From an uncultured Lachnospiraceae bacterium (lineage in GTDB: Bacteria > Bacillota > Clostridia > Christensenellales > UBA1242), in contig CAZQMZ010000004.1 in the NCBI GenBank assembly GCA_964594865.1, positions 8,952 through 72,951 of the forward strand: DNA of 64,000 bases, written 5' to 3'. How positions within the stretch are numbered: position 1 is the first letter of the stretch; the number at the start of each line of letters is the position of its first letter. Below the pieces are notes generated by a model. That model did no database searches, was not told the origin of the DNA, and saw nothing but the letters and a program-made list of their open reading frames with translations. A program made the translations under genes and the position numbers. Positions 8,838-18,289 of this stretch are shown here, piece by piece.

Positions 8838-10370
8838 TTATGCCGTTCGTCGTCGCGAAACAAACTTGATTTTTAGAATATATGGAGCCGTGATGACGAG
8901 ATAGACCACTGCGCCAAGAATTATTGCCACCAACAAGTTGACAAATGCATGGAAATAGTTGCAACTTATGAAGGTGTATACTGTCAAAAACATGGCAAAT
9001 GTTCCCAAAACAAGCAAAAACAGATCAAAGAATGGAATTGAAAAAGAAATTGTTTGTTTCAACTTCCAAAGAGCCAAAAGACAAACGATTGCCGAGAGAA
9101 AGATGTTCCCAAGAACGAGTGCAAAGATGTTTATGCTTGACACCGCCGAAAGAAAGAAGGATATGATTGCCTTTGCCACTCCGCCCACCGCAGTGATTGT
9201 GAGAATAAATTTGAACTTGCCATTTGCTTGCAAAAGCATGACGACATATTGCATAAGCGCAGTGAATATGGTCGAAAAAGCACCATAGAGCATAAGCAAA
9301 AAAGCGATGTTTGTCATCTCTTGCGTGAAGTCTTGATATACCAATGCAAGCACCTGACGAGAAATTGCCACCACTCCAAAAGTTGTTGGAAGAATGAGAA
9401 AAAGCAAAATTTTTAATCCCCTTTCAATGACATGACGTCCGCAAGTTCCACGTGAGATGAGATAGGATATGTTTGGCAAAAGTGTGGTTGTCACAGCAAT
9501 GGAAATAACAAGCGGAAAATTGAGTATTGCGCCAACAACTCCCGATTGCAAACCATAGAGTTGTGTGGCGGTTGAATTTTCAAACCCCGCAAGCATCAAT
9601 CTAGGCACAACGACAAGACTGTCAAAAGCATTGACGAGTGGCAAAATTGAGGCAGAAAGCATGAGTGGAAAGTTCGCACGATTAAATTCTTGTCCAGCAA
9701 ATTTGACCGTTTTCATATCCATCACCGCTTCAACTTTTTTACTCTTGAAAAAGTAGAGAACAAAAAGATAAGTCAGCGCCACGACCTCACTGACCAAAAT
9801 ACCCAAAAACGCACCGAACACACCCTGAGAAATTCCAAGTCGACTGAAATAGAAGGCAAACAAAAGCCCAAATCCAAATTTTGCCACTTGTTCAATGATT
9901 TGACTGACAGCAGTTGGAACCATGTTTTCATAACCTTGAAAAACTCCACGTAGTGCCGACAACCCTGCTCCAAGTGGCAATAGAAAAATGAAAATCATAT
10001 ATGAATAAGATGGGTCAATTCCTTGAAAAGCGGAGATATACTTTGAAAACACAAGAAAAACCATTCCAATAAGAAGACCAATTCCCACCGAAACAAAGAT
10101 TGCGTGTTTGAGATAGGCATTGACGCACCCGTGTTCACCACGCGCGCGTGAAGATGAAATCAGTTTTGCAAGCGAAGTTGTCACACCTCCACACGTCACC
10201 ACCAATGCAAAGGCATAGAGCGACATGACAAGTTGAAAGATGCCAATCCCTTCAATTCCCAGTAAATTGGTTAGCGGAAGCCTGAAAAGCGCCCCCAAGA
10301 CCTTGCAAATCACCCCAGAAACGAGCAAAACAAGTGTGCTTGCTCCCACTTTTGACCTGATTTTCTTCAT
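8838..10370 (-). CDS. MOP-superfamily flippase (SpoVB/MurJ-like polysaccharide or lipid II exporter)
   Basis: 510 aa and polytopic. The N-terminus (GASTLVLLVSGVICKVLGALFRLPLTNLLGIEGIGIFQLV) is typical of SpoVB-type proteins. Confidence 0.75.
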   Translation of the reverse strand: MKKIRSKVGASTLVLLVSGVICKVLGALFRLPLTNLLGIEGIGIFQLVMSLYAFALVVTCGGVTTSLAKLISSSRARGEHGCVNAYLKHAIFVSVGIGLLIGMVFLVFSKYISAFQGIDPSYSYMIFIFLLPLGAGLSALRGVFQGYENMVPTAVSQIIEQVAKFGFGLLFAFYFSRLGISQGVFGAFLGILVSEVVALTYLFVLYFFKSKKVEAVMDMKTVKFAGQEFNRANFPLMLSASILPLVNAFDSLVVVPRLMLAGFENSTATQLYGLQSGVVGAILNFPLVISIAVTTTLLPNISYLISRGTCGRHVIERGLKILLFLILPTTFGVVAISRQVLALVYQDFTQEMTNIAFLLMLYGAFSTIFTALMQYVVMLLQANGKFKFILTITAVGGVAKAIISFFLSAVSSINIFALVLGNIFLSAIVCLLALWKLKQTISFSIPFFDLFLLVLGTFAMFLTVYTFISCNYFHAFVNLLVAIILGAVVYLVITAPYILKIKFVSRRRTA

Positions 10371-10459
10371 AATTCACCCATTTTTTTGCAAACGCACAAA
10401 AATCAAGTCTTATCATGTGGAAAATTTTGAAAAATATTCAAAAAATTTAAAAAAAGGTA

Positions 10460-10488
10460 TTTACAAATCAAAGTTTGTGTGATATAAT
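10460..10488 (+). promoter_or_regulatory. Sigma-A promoter of the 10532 gene
   Basis: TTTACA (10460-65), 17 nt, TGaTATAAT (10480-88). The SD-led ATG is 44 nt downstream. Confidence 0.6.
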
Positions 10489-10531
10489 AGTCACAACAAA
10501 TTAAATAGGTTGACAAAAAAAGGAGAGAAAA

Positions 10532-11068
10532 ATGACTAGAGAAGAACTGATTAGAAAAAATATGCTTAAAATATATACAAAACCTCATGTTGTAGTTGTG
10601 CAAGATGCCAGCCCAAAAGATTTGTGTCCTGCCAACGATTTCATTGACTTTATTAATGGAGTGGTTGATTTGACATTTGAAAACGGGGTAAGAAAATTGC
10701 CAGAGTTGTTTCGCAACAAAATGATGAGAATATGCGATAATTCGGACGAATATAATGCTTTTATTGCTGAAAGAAAGTTGTTTCGGATGCAAGTTTTTAA
10801 ATTGATTAGACATTTGATGGAAAAACATTTGCCGGTTACGCTTCCTGATCACGTTTATTTTCAAGAAGAATATCGAAAAATTGGAGAGATACAAAACGCA
10901 GAAATTTATGATGAAAAATTTAAGCAACTCACTCTAGAATATCAAAAAGCAATTAAAATTTCTATTGAACAGAACGAAAAATATGGAAAAAAATACGGTT
11001 TATATGTTCCAACATATGAAGACATAAAAAAAGAAGATGAAGAGGAAGAAAATAATAAAGAAAAATAA
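10532..11068 (+). CDS. Hypothetical protein (178 aa) with an acidic tail
   Basis: Has an SD (AAAGGAGAG), its own promoter (10460..10488) and its own terminator (11078..11106). No recognisable motif. Confidence 0.6.
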   Translation: MTREELIRKNMLKIYTKPHVVVVQDASPKDLCPANDFIDFINGVVDLTFENGVRKLPELFRNKMMRICDNSDEYNAFIAERKLFRMQVFKLIRHLMEKHLPVTLPDHVYFQEEYRKIGEIQNAEIYDEKFKQLTLEYQKAIKISIEQNEKYGKKYGLYVPTYEDIKKEDEEEENNKEK

Positions 11069-11077
11069 AGAAAAAAA

Positions 11078-11106
11078 AGAAGAAGGTTTCCCTTCTTCTT
11101 TTTTTT
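11078..11106 (+). terminator. Rho-independent terminator
   Basis: 9-bp stem AGAAGAAGG/CCTTCTTCT, loop TTTC, then T7. Confidence 0.8.
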
Positions 11107-11190
11107 GCCTTATAATATTATTTTTATTTTATAGCTTCATATTTTTTTCGTCAGATTTCTTCTCTCTATTTTTAGTTAAGCCACTCTCAT

Positions 11191-12510
11191 TTATAGGATT
11201 ATCTCTTCTTTAATTTTATTCTCTGGTTTTTTTTCACTTAGTTCCACATTTGTAGAACTATCTTTAATTGCGTTCTCAGAATTTTCCTCACTTACTTCCA
11301 CATTTGTAGGATGTTTAATTTCTTTCTCAGATTCTCTTTCACCTTCACCGTTTTTTAATTCTTCAAAAAAATCTGTCCATATTTCGTTGCGCTTCTCTTC
11401 ATTTTTTTTCTGTTCTTCGCCTGTACGTTCCCCTTGTGGTGTTTGAGGTTGACTTGACGGTTTCGGTTGCGCTGTTTGTGTTGGTTGTGCTGTTCGAGTG
11501 GTTGTTTTTGCAGGAGAGCCTCCGGAAAGTTTTGTGGCTTTATATTTCTCCCAAGGATTTATGGCTTTGCCGGAAGTTTGTTTTGCCGGCGAAGATTTTT
11601 TCTTGACAGTTGCCTTTGGAGAAACCTTCTTTTCTTCCTTTTTCTCTATTTCTGTGTTTGCTGTGGTGATGACTGTTGGATATGTCTTGTCACGGACGTT
11701 CTTCAAAGGATTGCTATACCCTTGCAAAATCTTCAAACCTTCTTCCGTTTTGACAATCTCTTTGAAGACATCATATTTTTTTAAGATGTGATTTAAAAGT
11801 TGTTTTTGAAGAGTATAGTTCTGCGAAACACTTAGATCTTTCTGCAAATATTTTTCCATGAGAAGTTTATATTCAAAGCGCACTTTGTCGCCCAACTCAC
11901 CCATTTTGTCCAAAAGAGCCAGCATGCGAACGAGATATAATTGAGAGAGAATTTCCACAAGTTCGCGATTGAACAAAAACTCTTCGCTTTGCATGTGGAG
12001 ATAGCGATAAAGAAACTCACTTTTTTGAAGTTCTTCGTTGTCATAATATATGTTCCAACGCTTTTCAACTTCTCGTCGAAATTCAAACATATATGGCTCA
12101 ACAATTTCTGACAGAAGCGTGAGATGCTTTATGTCTTCTTCAATGTCATGTTCAATCTCAATCATATAAAGTTTTGCGGTGCAAAAATCAGGCGCAATCT
12201 CCATTTCAACTTTGAAATTGAGAACAAACTCGCCCAAAATTGTGGCGCAATATAACACATTTTCTTCAATGCGGTCAAACTTCTTCGGAATGGCAATCAA
12301 TTCTTTGACAATGTCATCTGGAATGACATATTTCTCGCCATCAAAAATGCCCAAAAGATTGTTGGCTTGCTTGCGCTGATAGTTCAAAATGTCAGCAAAT
12401 TCTTTTTCAATGGCAAACAAATCCAATTTTTCTGACGAAGCAACTCCGTTCGGCTCGTTGACCACACCGAAAACTCTTTTCTTCTCAGTTTTTCTTTTTC
12501 TCCTTGCCAT
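11191..12510 (-). CDS. Hypothetical protein (~439 aa) with a basic N-terminus and a P/T/Q/K/E-rich disordered C-terminal third
   Basis: Start assigned to the ATG at 12510 (MARRKRKTEKK) because a consensus promoter ends 6 nt upstream. The track start at 12570 is TTG with no SD. The C-terminus has a tandem ~15-aa repeat, TNVEVSEENSENAIK / TNVELSEKKPENKIK. Confidence 0.6.
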   Translation of the reverse strand: MARRKRKTEKKRVFGVVNEPNGVASSEKLDLFAIEKEFADILNYQRKQANNLLGIFDGEKYVIPDDIVKELIAIPKKFDRIEENVLYCATILGEFVLNFKVEMEIAPDFCTAKLYMIEIEHDIEEDIKHLTLLSEIVEPYMFEFRREVEKRWNIYYDNEELQKSEFLYRYLHMQSEEFLFNRELVEILSQLYLVRMLALLDKMGELGDKVRFEYKLLMEKYLQKDLSVSQNYTLQKQLLNHILKKYDVFKEIVKTEEGLKILQGYSNPLKNVRDKTYPTVITTANTEIEKKEEKKVSPKATVKKKSSPAKQTSGKAINPWEKYKATKLSGGSPAKTTTRTAQPTQTAQPKPSSQPQTPQGERTGEEQKKNEEKRNEIWTDFFEELKNGEGERESEKEIKHPTNVEVSEENSENAIKDSSTNVELSEKKPENKIKEEIIL

Positions 12511-12516
12511 AGTTTG

Positions 12517-12545
12517 ATTATACAACATTTTTGCCAATTTTGCAA
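12517..12545 (-). promoter_or_regulatory. Sigma-A promoter placing the TSS at the ATG at 12510 (leaderless)
   Basis: On the minus strand: TTGCAA (12545-40), 17 nt, TATAAT (12522-17), 6 nt, ATG (12510). Confidence 0.55.
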
Positions 12546-12659
12546 GGTTTAATGGAATAAAATTATTCAAAAATTTTTATTATTCATCCAAAATCTCTCA
12601 TTTCACCAACTTTTTAAACAAATTTTCTCCTTTTTGGTGGATGTGTTGCAAAAAATCAA

Positions 12660-12971
12660 TCATTTTCTCAAAAAAGTCACGCAAAGTGGTTTCTCTTTCA
12701 AATCGTTCAAGGTTATTCCATTTGCCACACATTTGCCATTGCTGTTGAAAAGACAATGCGCTTGACAGCCTATGTCAATTGTCTTTGAGTCGCGTTGCGG
12801 CGCATATTCTGGTGGAATGTCTGAAAAAATATGATGTGTTTTGTCTTCCGCTGGCCTATCTCCTTTTTCAAACTTTTCGCAAATCAAGCTTTTTTTAATC
12901 AAAATCTCTTTCGCCTTGCAAGTGTATTTGTCATTGAACTTGCAAGTTGTCTTTCTGCAACGAATATCCAT
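12660..12971 (-). CDS. DUF1540 domain protein (two Cys-rich repeats), a family typical of spore-formers
   Basis: The two repeats are IRCRKTTCKFNDKYTCKAKEILI and IGCQAHCLFNSNGKCVANGITL. Start at the ATG at 12971 behind GGAGGG. Confidence 0.7.
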   Translation of the reverse strand: MDIRCRKTTCKFNDKYTCKAKEILIKKSLICEKFEKGDRPAEDKTHHIFSDIPPEYAPQRDSKTIDIGCQAHCLFNSNGKCVANGITLNDLKEKPLCVTFLRK

Positions 12972-13060
12972 GATTCCCTCCAATAATTTTGACAATTATT
13001 CCCCAAACCTTGACAATTCAAACAAAGATGATGTAAAATGATTGTGACACGAGGTGAAAG

Positions 13061-13504
13061 ATGAAAGTTGTGCTTTTGAAAGATGTGAAAGGAACCGGCA
13101 AAAAAGGTGAAATCAAAGAAGTTGCCGACGGCTTTGCAAAAAACTTCTTGCTGAAAAATGGCTCTGCGCGAATTGCCGACAACTCTGCCATAAACGAAAA
13201 CAAACACCAAAAGGACGCGCAAATTTTCCATAAACAACAAGAAATTTCTGCTGCAAAAGAACTTGCACAGAAGATTGAAGGCACAAATATTGTGCTTAAA
13301 ATCAAATGTGGCGAAAACGGCAAAACTTTTGGTTCAATAACTTCCAAAGAAATTGCTGACGAACTCGAAAAACAAGGCGTCAAACTTGACAAGAAAAAGA
13401 TTGACATCAAAGAACCAATCAAATGTGTTGGAAAATATTCCGTCACAGCGCGCGTCTATCCAGAAATCACAGCAAGCTTCAATGTCGAAGTGCAAGCACT
13501 GTGA
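13061..13504 (+). CDS. rplI: 50S ribosomal protein L9
   Basis: [31 protein letters not shown] is the canonical L9 N-terminus. SD is GAGGTGAAAG. Confidence 0.95.
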   Translation: MKVVLLKDVKGTGKKGEIKEVADGFAKNFLLKNGSARIADNSAINENKHQKDAQIFHKQQEISAAKELAQKIEGTNIVLKIKCGENGKTFGSITSKEIADELEKQGVKLDKKKIDIKEPIKCVGKYSVTARVYPEITASFNVEVQAL

Positions 13505-13518
13505 TCAACCAAAAATAT

Positions 13519-13553
13519 TAAAAAAAATAAGTGACTATGTCAGTCACTTTTTT
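13519..13553. terminator. Bidirectional terminator (rplI on plus; rsmA and the small ORF on minus)
   Basis: 8-bp stem AAGTGACT/AGTCACTT (13529-49) with T-runs on both strands. Confidence 0.75.
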
Positions 13554-13730
13554 CTATTTTTCAAATCTTCTTTTTGAACCTTCCCTACACCCCACAAGAG
13601 TGCTTAAAGAACAAGAAATTTGGTTGATTAAATTCCGCAATTCAATAATCTCTTCTTCATTTAAATTTTTTGCAAGCTCCATGGCTATGGATGTTGCCAA
13701 AAGTACCAATTCTTCATCACTACAAGCCAT
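13554..13730 (-). CDS. Small hypothetical helical protein (58 aa), below the ORF-track cutoff
   Basis: Hand translation gives MACSDEELVLLATSIAMELAKNLNEEEIIELRNLINQISCSLSTLVGCREGSKRRFEK. It lies 25 nt downstream of the rsmA stop and ends at the bidirectional terminator. It resembles small Cys-bearing clostridial proteins (family recalled from memory, unverified). No SD. Confidence 0.4.
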   Translation of the reverse strand: MACSDEELVLLATSIAMELAKNLNEEEIIELRNLINQISCSLSTLVGCREGSKRRFEK

Positions 13731-13755
13731 GTTTTTTTATATTAATCAAACAAAA

Positions 13756-14535
13756 TTATTGTGTCAATTTTTTAAACATTTCCACAAACTCTTCAAGTGA
13801 AAATGTTTCCGAACGTCTTTTGAGTGTGTTTTCATCAAAAGTTTTTCTCAAAAAATCTTTGCCATAAACAACCGAAAGATTGTTCAAGAGCGTTTTTCGA
13901 CGCATTGAAAAACATGTTTTGACAAAGTTTGAAAAAGATGTTTCATCAATTTCAGGAAATTTGCGTTCAATTTTTATGTGCAAAAGAGCAGAGTCAACAT
14001 TTGGCACAGGAAAAAACATTTGTCGATTTATTGTCCGCGTGATTTTTGGCTGTCCATAAAAATTTGACAAGACAGAAAGCACTCCATAATCCTTTCCGCC
14101 CACCTTTGCGCAAACACGCGCAGCAACTTCTTTTTGCACCATAATTGTCAAACTGTCAAGTTGTTTCGCATTTTCAAAAAGTTTGAAAATTATTGGTGAA
14201 GTGATGTAATATGGCAAGTTTGCCACCACTTTATATCTTCCGCCCAGCATTGTTTCCACTTCATTCAAATCCACACTCAGAAAATCAGCAAACACGAATT
14301 GGACATTTTTTAAGTTAAGCGAAATCAGTTGCGGTTGCAAATCTTTGTCAATTTCAAATGCCACCACCTTTTTTGCGCGTTCACTGAGCACTTGCGTCAA
14401 GCTTCCCGCACCAGCGCCAATTTCCAAAACATTGTCATTGCCCACAATTTCCGCATCGGCACAAATTGCGCTCAATAAGTTTTTGTCGCTAATGAAATTC
14501 TGTCCAAACTTTTTTTTGAAATTAAAATCTTCCAT
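13756..14535 (-). CDS. rsmA: 16S rRNA (adenine1518/1519-N6)-dimethyltransferase RsmA/KsgA
   Basis: Motifs KKKFGQNFISD and VLEIGAGAGSLTQVL (SAM-binding). Start moved to the ATG at 14535 behind AAGGAAG. Confidence 0.9.
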   Translation of the reverse strand: MEDFNFKKKFGQNFISDKNLLSAICADAEIVGNDNVLEIGAGAGSLTQVLSERAKKVVAFEIDKDLQPQLISLNLKNVQFVFADFLSVDLNEVETMLGGRYKVVANLPYYITSPIIFKLFENAKQLDSLTIMVQKEVAARVCAKVGGKDYGVLSVLSNFYGQPKITRTINRQMFFPVPNVDSALLHIKIERKFPEIDETSFSNFVKTCFSMRRKTLLNNLSVVYGKDFLRKTFDENTLKRRSETFSLEEFVEMFKKLTQ

Positions 14536-14561
14536 ATTTCTTCCTTTTGGTTGCTTTGTGT

Positions 14562-15359
14562 TCATTTATTCCAAAAGAACAATCGCGCGTTTTGCGTCGT
14601 CGCGAATGCCACTTCTTCAAGAGTCAAATCTTTGAGTTTTGCAATGCGATCTGCCACATACACAACGTTTTTCGGCTCGTTTCGCTTGCCACGATACGGC
14701 TCCGGCGAAAGATATGGGCAATCGGTTTCCAACATAATGCGCTCCAACGGCAGATTTTTCACCACTTCTTGAACATTTTTTGCATTTTTGAAGGTCACAA
14801 CACCGCCAAAAGAGAAGTATGCCCCCAATTTCATCAGTTCTTTTGCGCTTTCCAAACTTCCGCCATAGCAATGCAACAAAAACTTGCATTTGAGCGGATG
14901 ATTTTTCAAGATTTCCAAAGTATCCCCCATAGCATCACGGCTGTGCACAACAATTGGCAGGTTCAAGCTGTTTGCAAGATCGATTTGAGCAACAAAAACT
15001 CTCTTTTGTAAGTCTTTCAATTTTTCAACTTCTTCCAAAGAAAGCCCTTGCAAATAGTGATAATCCAGCCCAATTTCTCCAATTCCAAGCACATTTTTGT
15101 TTTTGGCAAGAGTTTTCAGCTGAGCAAGCACATCTTCAAGCGAACTGTCATCAAATACATTTTCAGGATGTATGCCAATCACGGCATAGACATTTTCATG
15201 TCGATCCGCCATTTCCACAGCTTGATGCGATGTGACCAAGTCGGTGCCCGCACAAATCATTGCACTGACACCACCATTCACCGCCCTTGAAATCACATCT
15301 TCAATATCCTCATTATATTGTTCATCCATAAGATGACCATGCACATCAATAAGTTCCAT
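14562..15359 (-). CDS. tatD: TatD-family metal-dependent DNase/hydrolase
   Basis: MELIDVHGHL.. with HSRDA and ETDCPYL motifs, next to rsmA as in many Firmicutes. Confidence 0.85.
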   Translation of the reverse strand: MELIDVHGHLMDEQYNEDIEDVISRAVNGGVSAMICAGTDLVTSHQAVEMADRHENVYAVIGIHPENVFDDSSLEDVLAQLKTLAKNKNVLGIGEIGLDYHYLQGLSLEEVEKLKDLQKRVFVAQIDLANSLNLPIVVHSRDAMGDTLEILKNHPLKCKFLLHCYGGSLESAKELMKLGAYFSFGGVVTFKNAKNVQEVVKNLPLERIMLETDCPYLSPEPYRGKRNEPKNVVYVADRIAKLKDLTLEEVAFATTQNARLFFWNK

Positions 15360-15432
15360 GGAGATATCATATCAAATTGCTTGGCACTTTGTCAAATTAG
15401 AGAAACAACACTGTCAAAAATATTGAAAAAAT

Positions 15433-16059
15433 ATGCTTTTTTCGAGCTTATTCGCATATATATTTATGATGAACACCTTTTGGCTTATGATGATGCTTGC
15501 CAGCATTCTCGTTCTTTTGATTGTCAATCCCAGCGCTGTGCTGTCGGAGATGATTTCCGCGTCAACCGATGCTCTCACTCTCTGCATTGAACTCTGCGCC
15601 GTCTATGCCGTTTGGTTGGGTATAATTGAGCTTGTCGATGCCAGCGGGCTTGGCGAAAAACTTGCCAAACTGCTCCGCCCACTCATCAAAAAGATTTTTA
15701 AGGTGGAAAATCCCGAAACGCAATATCTCATCGCCATGAACGTTTCCGCCAATATGTTGGGCTTGGGGAATGCCGCCACTCCAATGGGTATAAAGGCAAT
15801 GAAAGCGCTTGACGACGGCACAGGAAAAGCTAATTTTGCCATGATTATGCTTATTGTGCTCAACGCCACTTCCATTCAACTTCTGCCAACCACCGTGATT
15901 GGTCTGCGTTCAAGTGCCGGAAGTGAAAATCCTGCCGACATAATTTTTCCAACACTGATTGTCACCTTCATCACTACAATTTTGGGAATTGTTTTGGTAC
16001 ACACAATCGACAAACTCTTTCATGGAAGAAAAAATAAGAAAAAGAAGGCAAAGACATGA
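15433..16059 (+). CDS. spmA: Spore maturation protein A (nucleoside-recognition domain membrane protein)
   Basis: Polytopic, with the motif AMNVSANMLGLGNAATPMGIKAM. Paired with spmB by a 4-nt overlap. The start is uncertain; an alternative ATG lies at about 15466. Confidence 0.75.
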   Translation: MLFSSLFAYIFMMNTFWLMMMLASILVLLIVNPSAVLSEMISASTDALTLCIELCAVYAVWLGIIELVDASGLGEKLAKLLRPLIKKIFKVENPETQYLIAMNVSANMLGLGNAATPMGIKAMKALDDGTGKANFAMIMLIVLNATSIQLLPTTVIGLRSSAGSENPADIIFPTLIVTFITTILGIVLVHTIDKLFHGRKNKKKKAKT

Positions 16060-16568
16060 GTGCAAGTGTGTATATTCTTCCAATCCTTTTTATTCTGCTG
16101 TTTGGCTATTGCATATATAAGCGTGTCAACACCTATGACCACTTTGTCAAAGGTGCAAAAGGTGCAATCAAACTTGTGGTGGAGATCTTTCCGTTCATTG
16201 CGTCAATTTTGATTGCTGTGGCTCTTTTGCGAGTGAGTGGCATAACTGACTTTCTTGCACAAATTCTCTCACCAATTTTCAACGCTCTTGGCATTCCAAC
16301 CGAACTTGTCGAGCTTGTCCTTTTACGCCCATTCACCGGAAGTGGAAGTTATGGAATTTTGGAGAACATCTTCAACACATACGGCGCGGACAGCTATATT
16401 TCTCGTTGCGCTTGCGTAATTATGGGTTGCAGTGAAACAATCTTCTATGTCGCCACAGTGTATATCTCTCAAACCAAAGTGAAAAAACTCTTTTATGCCA
16501 TTCCTGTGGCACTTGTTTGCTCGCTTGTTGGCACAATTCTTGCTTGCCTGATTTGTAAAGTGATGTGA
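16056..16568 (+). CDS. spmB: Spore maturation protein B
   Basis: The LRPFTGSGSYGIL motif and overlap with spmA. Confidence 0.75.
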   Translation: MSASVYILPILFILLFGYCIYKRVNTYDHFVKGAKGAIKLVVEIFPFIASILIAVALLRVSGITDFLAQILSPIFNALGIPTELVELVLLRPFTGSGSYGILENIFNTYGADSYISRCACVIMGCSETIFYVATVYISQTKVKKLFYAIPVALVCSLVGTILACLICKVM

Positions 16569-16666
16569 AAAAATCTTTTTAGTATTGGGATTTATAAAAA
16601 AATTTCTAAAAATCACTCTTTTAAAAAAATTGCACTCATTGTAAAATTTGCAATTGAAAGAAAAAA

Positions 16667-16697
16667 AGTGCTGGAATGAAATTTCCGCACTCTTTTT
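16667..16697. terminator. Bidirectional terminator between spmB and the methyltransferase gene
   Basis: Stem AGTGC(T)GGAA/TTCCGCACT with one bulge, and T-runs on both strands. Confidence 0.65.
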
Positions 16698-16724
16698 AAG
16701 GTTTTGCTCAAAAAAAATGTCAAA

Positions 16725-17471
16725 TTATTTAAACTTTCGGGTTTTAAGTTCTTCCAAAAATTCGCCATCCTCGGTGTTGGTGATAAGATTTGGAAGAAGT
16801 TTAACTCTGTGTTTTCCGCCTTTAACCGCTTCTACAACCACAAGAGTAAATTTGCCTTTGCCGTTCTCTGTGAAAAACATCTTCTTGACTGCAAGATTGT
16901 GATTATAGCACTCTGCCAACAGTTCCGCCGAGCGCTCGGCAGGATATGTGCAATAAAATCGCCCGCCAAACTTCAACATCTTTGAAGTGACATCAATCAA
17001 TTCTTTCAAATTCAACTTGACTTCTTGTCTGGCAATCTTGCGACTTTCTTCACATGGCAAGGCGTCGGGCTCAAAATATGGCGGATTTGAAAAAACAACA
17101 TCCACACTTCCGACTTGAAGATGTTTCTTAAAATTTTTTACATCATCTTCAATTAAAGTGATTTTTTGAGATAAATCGTTCAAAATTATGTTTTTTTCGC
17201 AAATTTTTTGCAATTTTTCTTGAATTTCGAAGATTTTTATTGATTTAAACTTGTTTTTTGCACTGACAAGAATGGAAACAATTCCACATCCACCGCCAAT
17301 TTCCACAGCGTTTTCGCTTGCCTTGAGTTTTATGAAATTCGCCAAGATAACGCTGTCAGAAGTGAAGCAATAGAGATTTTTATCTTGGATGATTTCAAGT
17401 CCACCGCATTGCAAATCTTCCAATCTTTCGCTTGAAGTCAGTTTGATTTTTTGTTTCTTCAAACCTGTCAT
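16725..17471 (-). CDS. tRNA (adenine-N6)-methyltransferase-like SAM-dependent methyltransferase (YfiC/TrmN6/YabB type)
   Basis: ERLEDLQCGGLEIIQDKNLYCFTSDSVILANF, a GGGCG SAM motif and an NPPYF catalytic motif. Sits in the holB-ricT-yabB-like order. Confidence 0.75.
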   Translation of the reverse strand: MTGLKKQKIKLTSSERLEDLQCGGLEIIQDKNLYCFTSDSVILANFIKLKASENAVEIGGGCGIVSILVSAKNKFKSIKIFEIQEKLQKICEKNIILNDLSQKITLIEDDVKNFKKHLQVGSVDVVFSNPPYFEPDALPCEESRKIARQEVKLNLKELIDVTSKMLKFGGRFYCTYPAERSAELLAECYNHNLAVKKMFFTENGKGKFTLVVVEAVKGGKHRVKLLPNLITNTEDGEFLEELKTRKFK

Positions 17472-18289
17472 CTTTCTTCCTTTTTGAATTTTACTTCAGA
17501 GAGATCATATGTTTTGATTTCAAAATCATCGCCTTTTTCAATTTTGACATCCACCATTCTGTCCAGCAAATTGTTGTATATCACCGTCCCTTTTCCGTCT
17601 TTTGTGGAAACTAGTGAGCCAACTTTTGGCATAACTCTCAACGCTTCTTGATATGTGCCGTTTTCATACGCAATGCAACACATAAGTTTTCCGCAAAGTC
17701 CGCTTATTGAATTTGGGTTGAGTGACAAATTTTGATTTTTTGCCATTTTCATGGACACATGGTCAAACTCGCCCATATTTTGCACGCAACAACAAATCTT
17801 TCCGCAAGGTCCAAAACCACCCAACATTCTCACTTCATCCCGACTGCCAATCTGACGAAGTTCAACGCGTTTCTTCAATGTTTCGGCAAGCTTTTTCACC
17901 AATTCACGAAAATCAATACGGTTTTCTGCCGTGAAGTTGACGACATATCTGCTGTTGTCAAAACTTGCTTCCACTTGCACAATCTTCATATCCAAATCAA
18001 ATTCTTTGACAATTTTTTTGACCGTTGGATATAGTTTGCGAGCTTCTTCGTCATATTCTTCCGCCTTCTTTAACATCTCTTTCGTCGCCTTTTGAACGAC
18101 ATTTTTCAGTGGTGACATAAGAGTGGATGGGTCAATCATCTCGTTTTCCTTGACAATAACACCCAAATCTTGTCCCCTATCCGTTTCGACAATCACATAA
18201 TCGCCCTGTTTCAAATTTAAGCCGTTTGGGGAGAAAGAATATATATGATTGCTGTTTTTAAATTTCACACCAACTGTTTCTATTTGCAT
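17468..18289 (-). CDS. ricT: PSP1-domain protein RicT (YaaT, stage 0 sporulation/regulatory iron-sulfur protein)
   Basis: A Cys cluster (GPCGKICCCVQ, GLCGKLMCC) and a position directly after holB. Confidence 0.85.
   Translation of the reverse strand: MQIETVGVKFKNSNHIYSFSPNGLNLKQGDYVIVETDRGQDLGVIVKENEMIDPSTLMSPLKNVVQKATKEMLKKAEEYDEEARKLYPTVKKIVKEFDLDMKIVQVEASFDNSRYVVNFTAENRIDFRELVKKLAETLKKRVELRQIGSRDEVRMLGGFGPCGKICCCVQNMGEFDHVSMKMAKNQNLSLNPNSISGLCGKLMCCIAYENGTYQEALRVMPKVGSLVSTKDGKGTVIYNNLLDRMVDVKIEKGDDFEIKTYDLSEVKFKKEER

Noticed and set aside
13061-13504. rplI is not followed by dnaB, which lies about 33 kb away. This was considered as a sign of rearrangement or an island boundary.
   Set aside because: Gene order around rplI varies among Clostridia, and no mobile-element or compositional signature flanks either locus.
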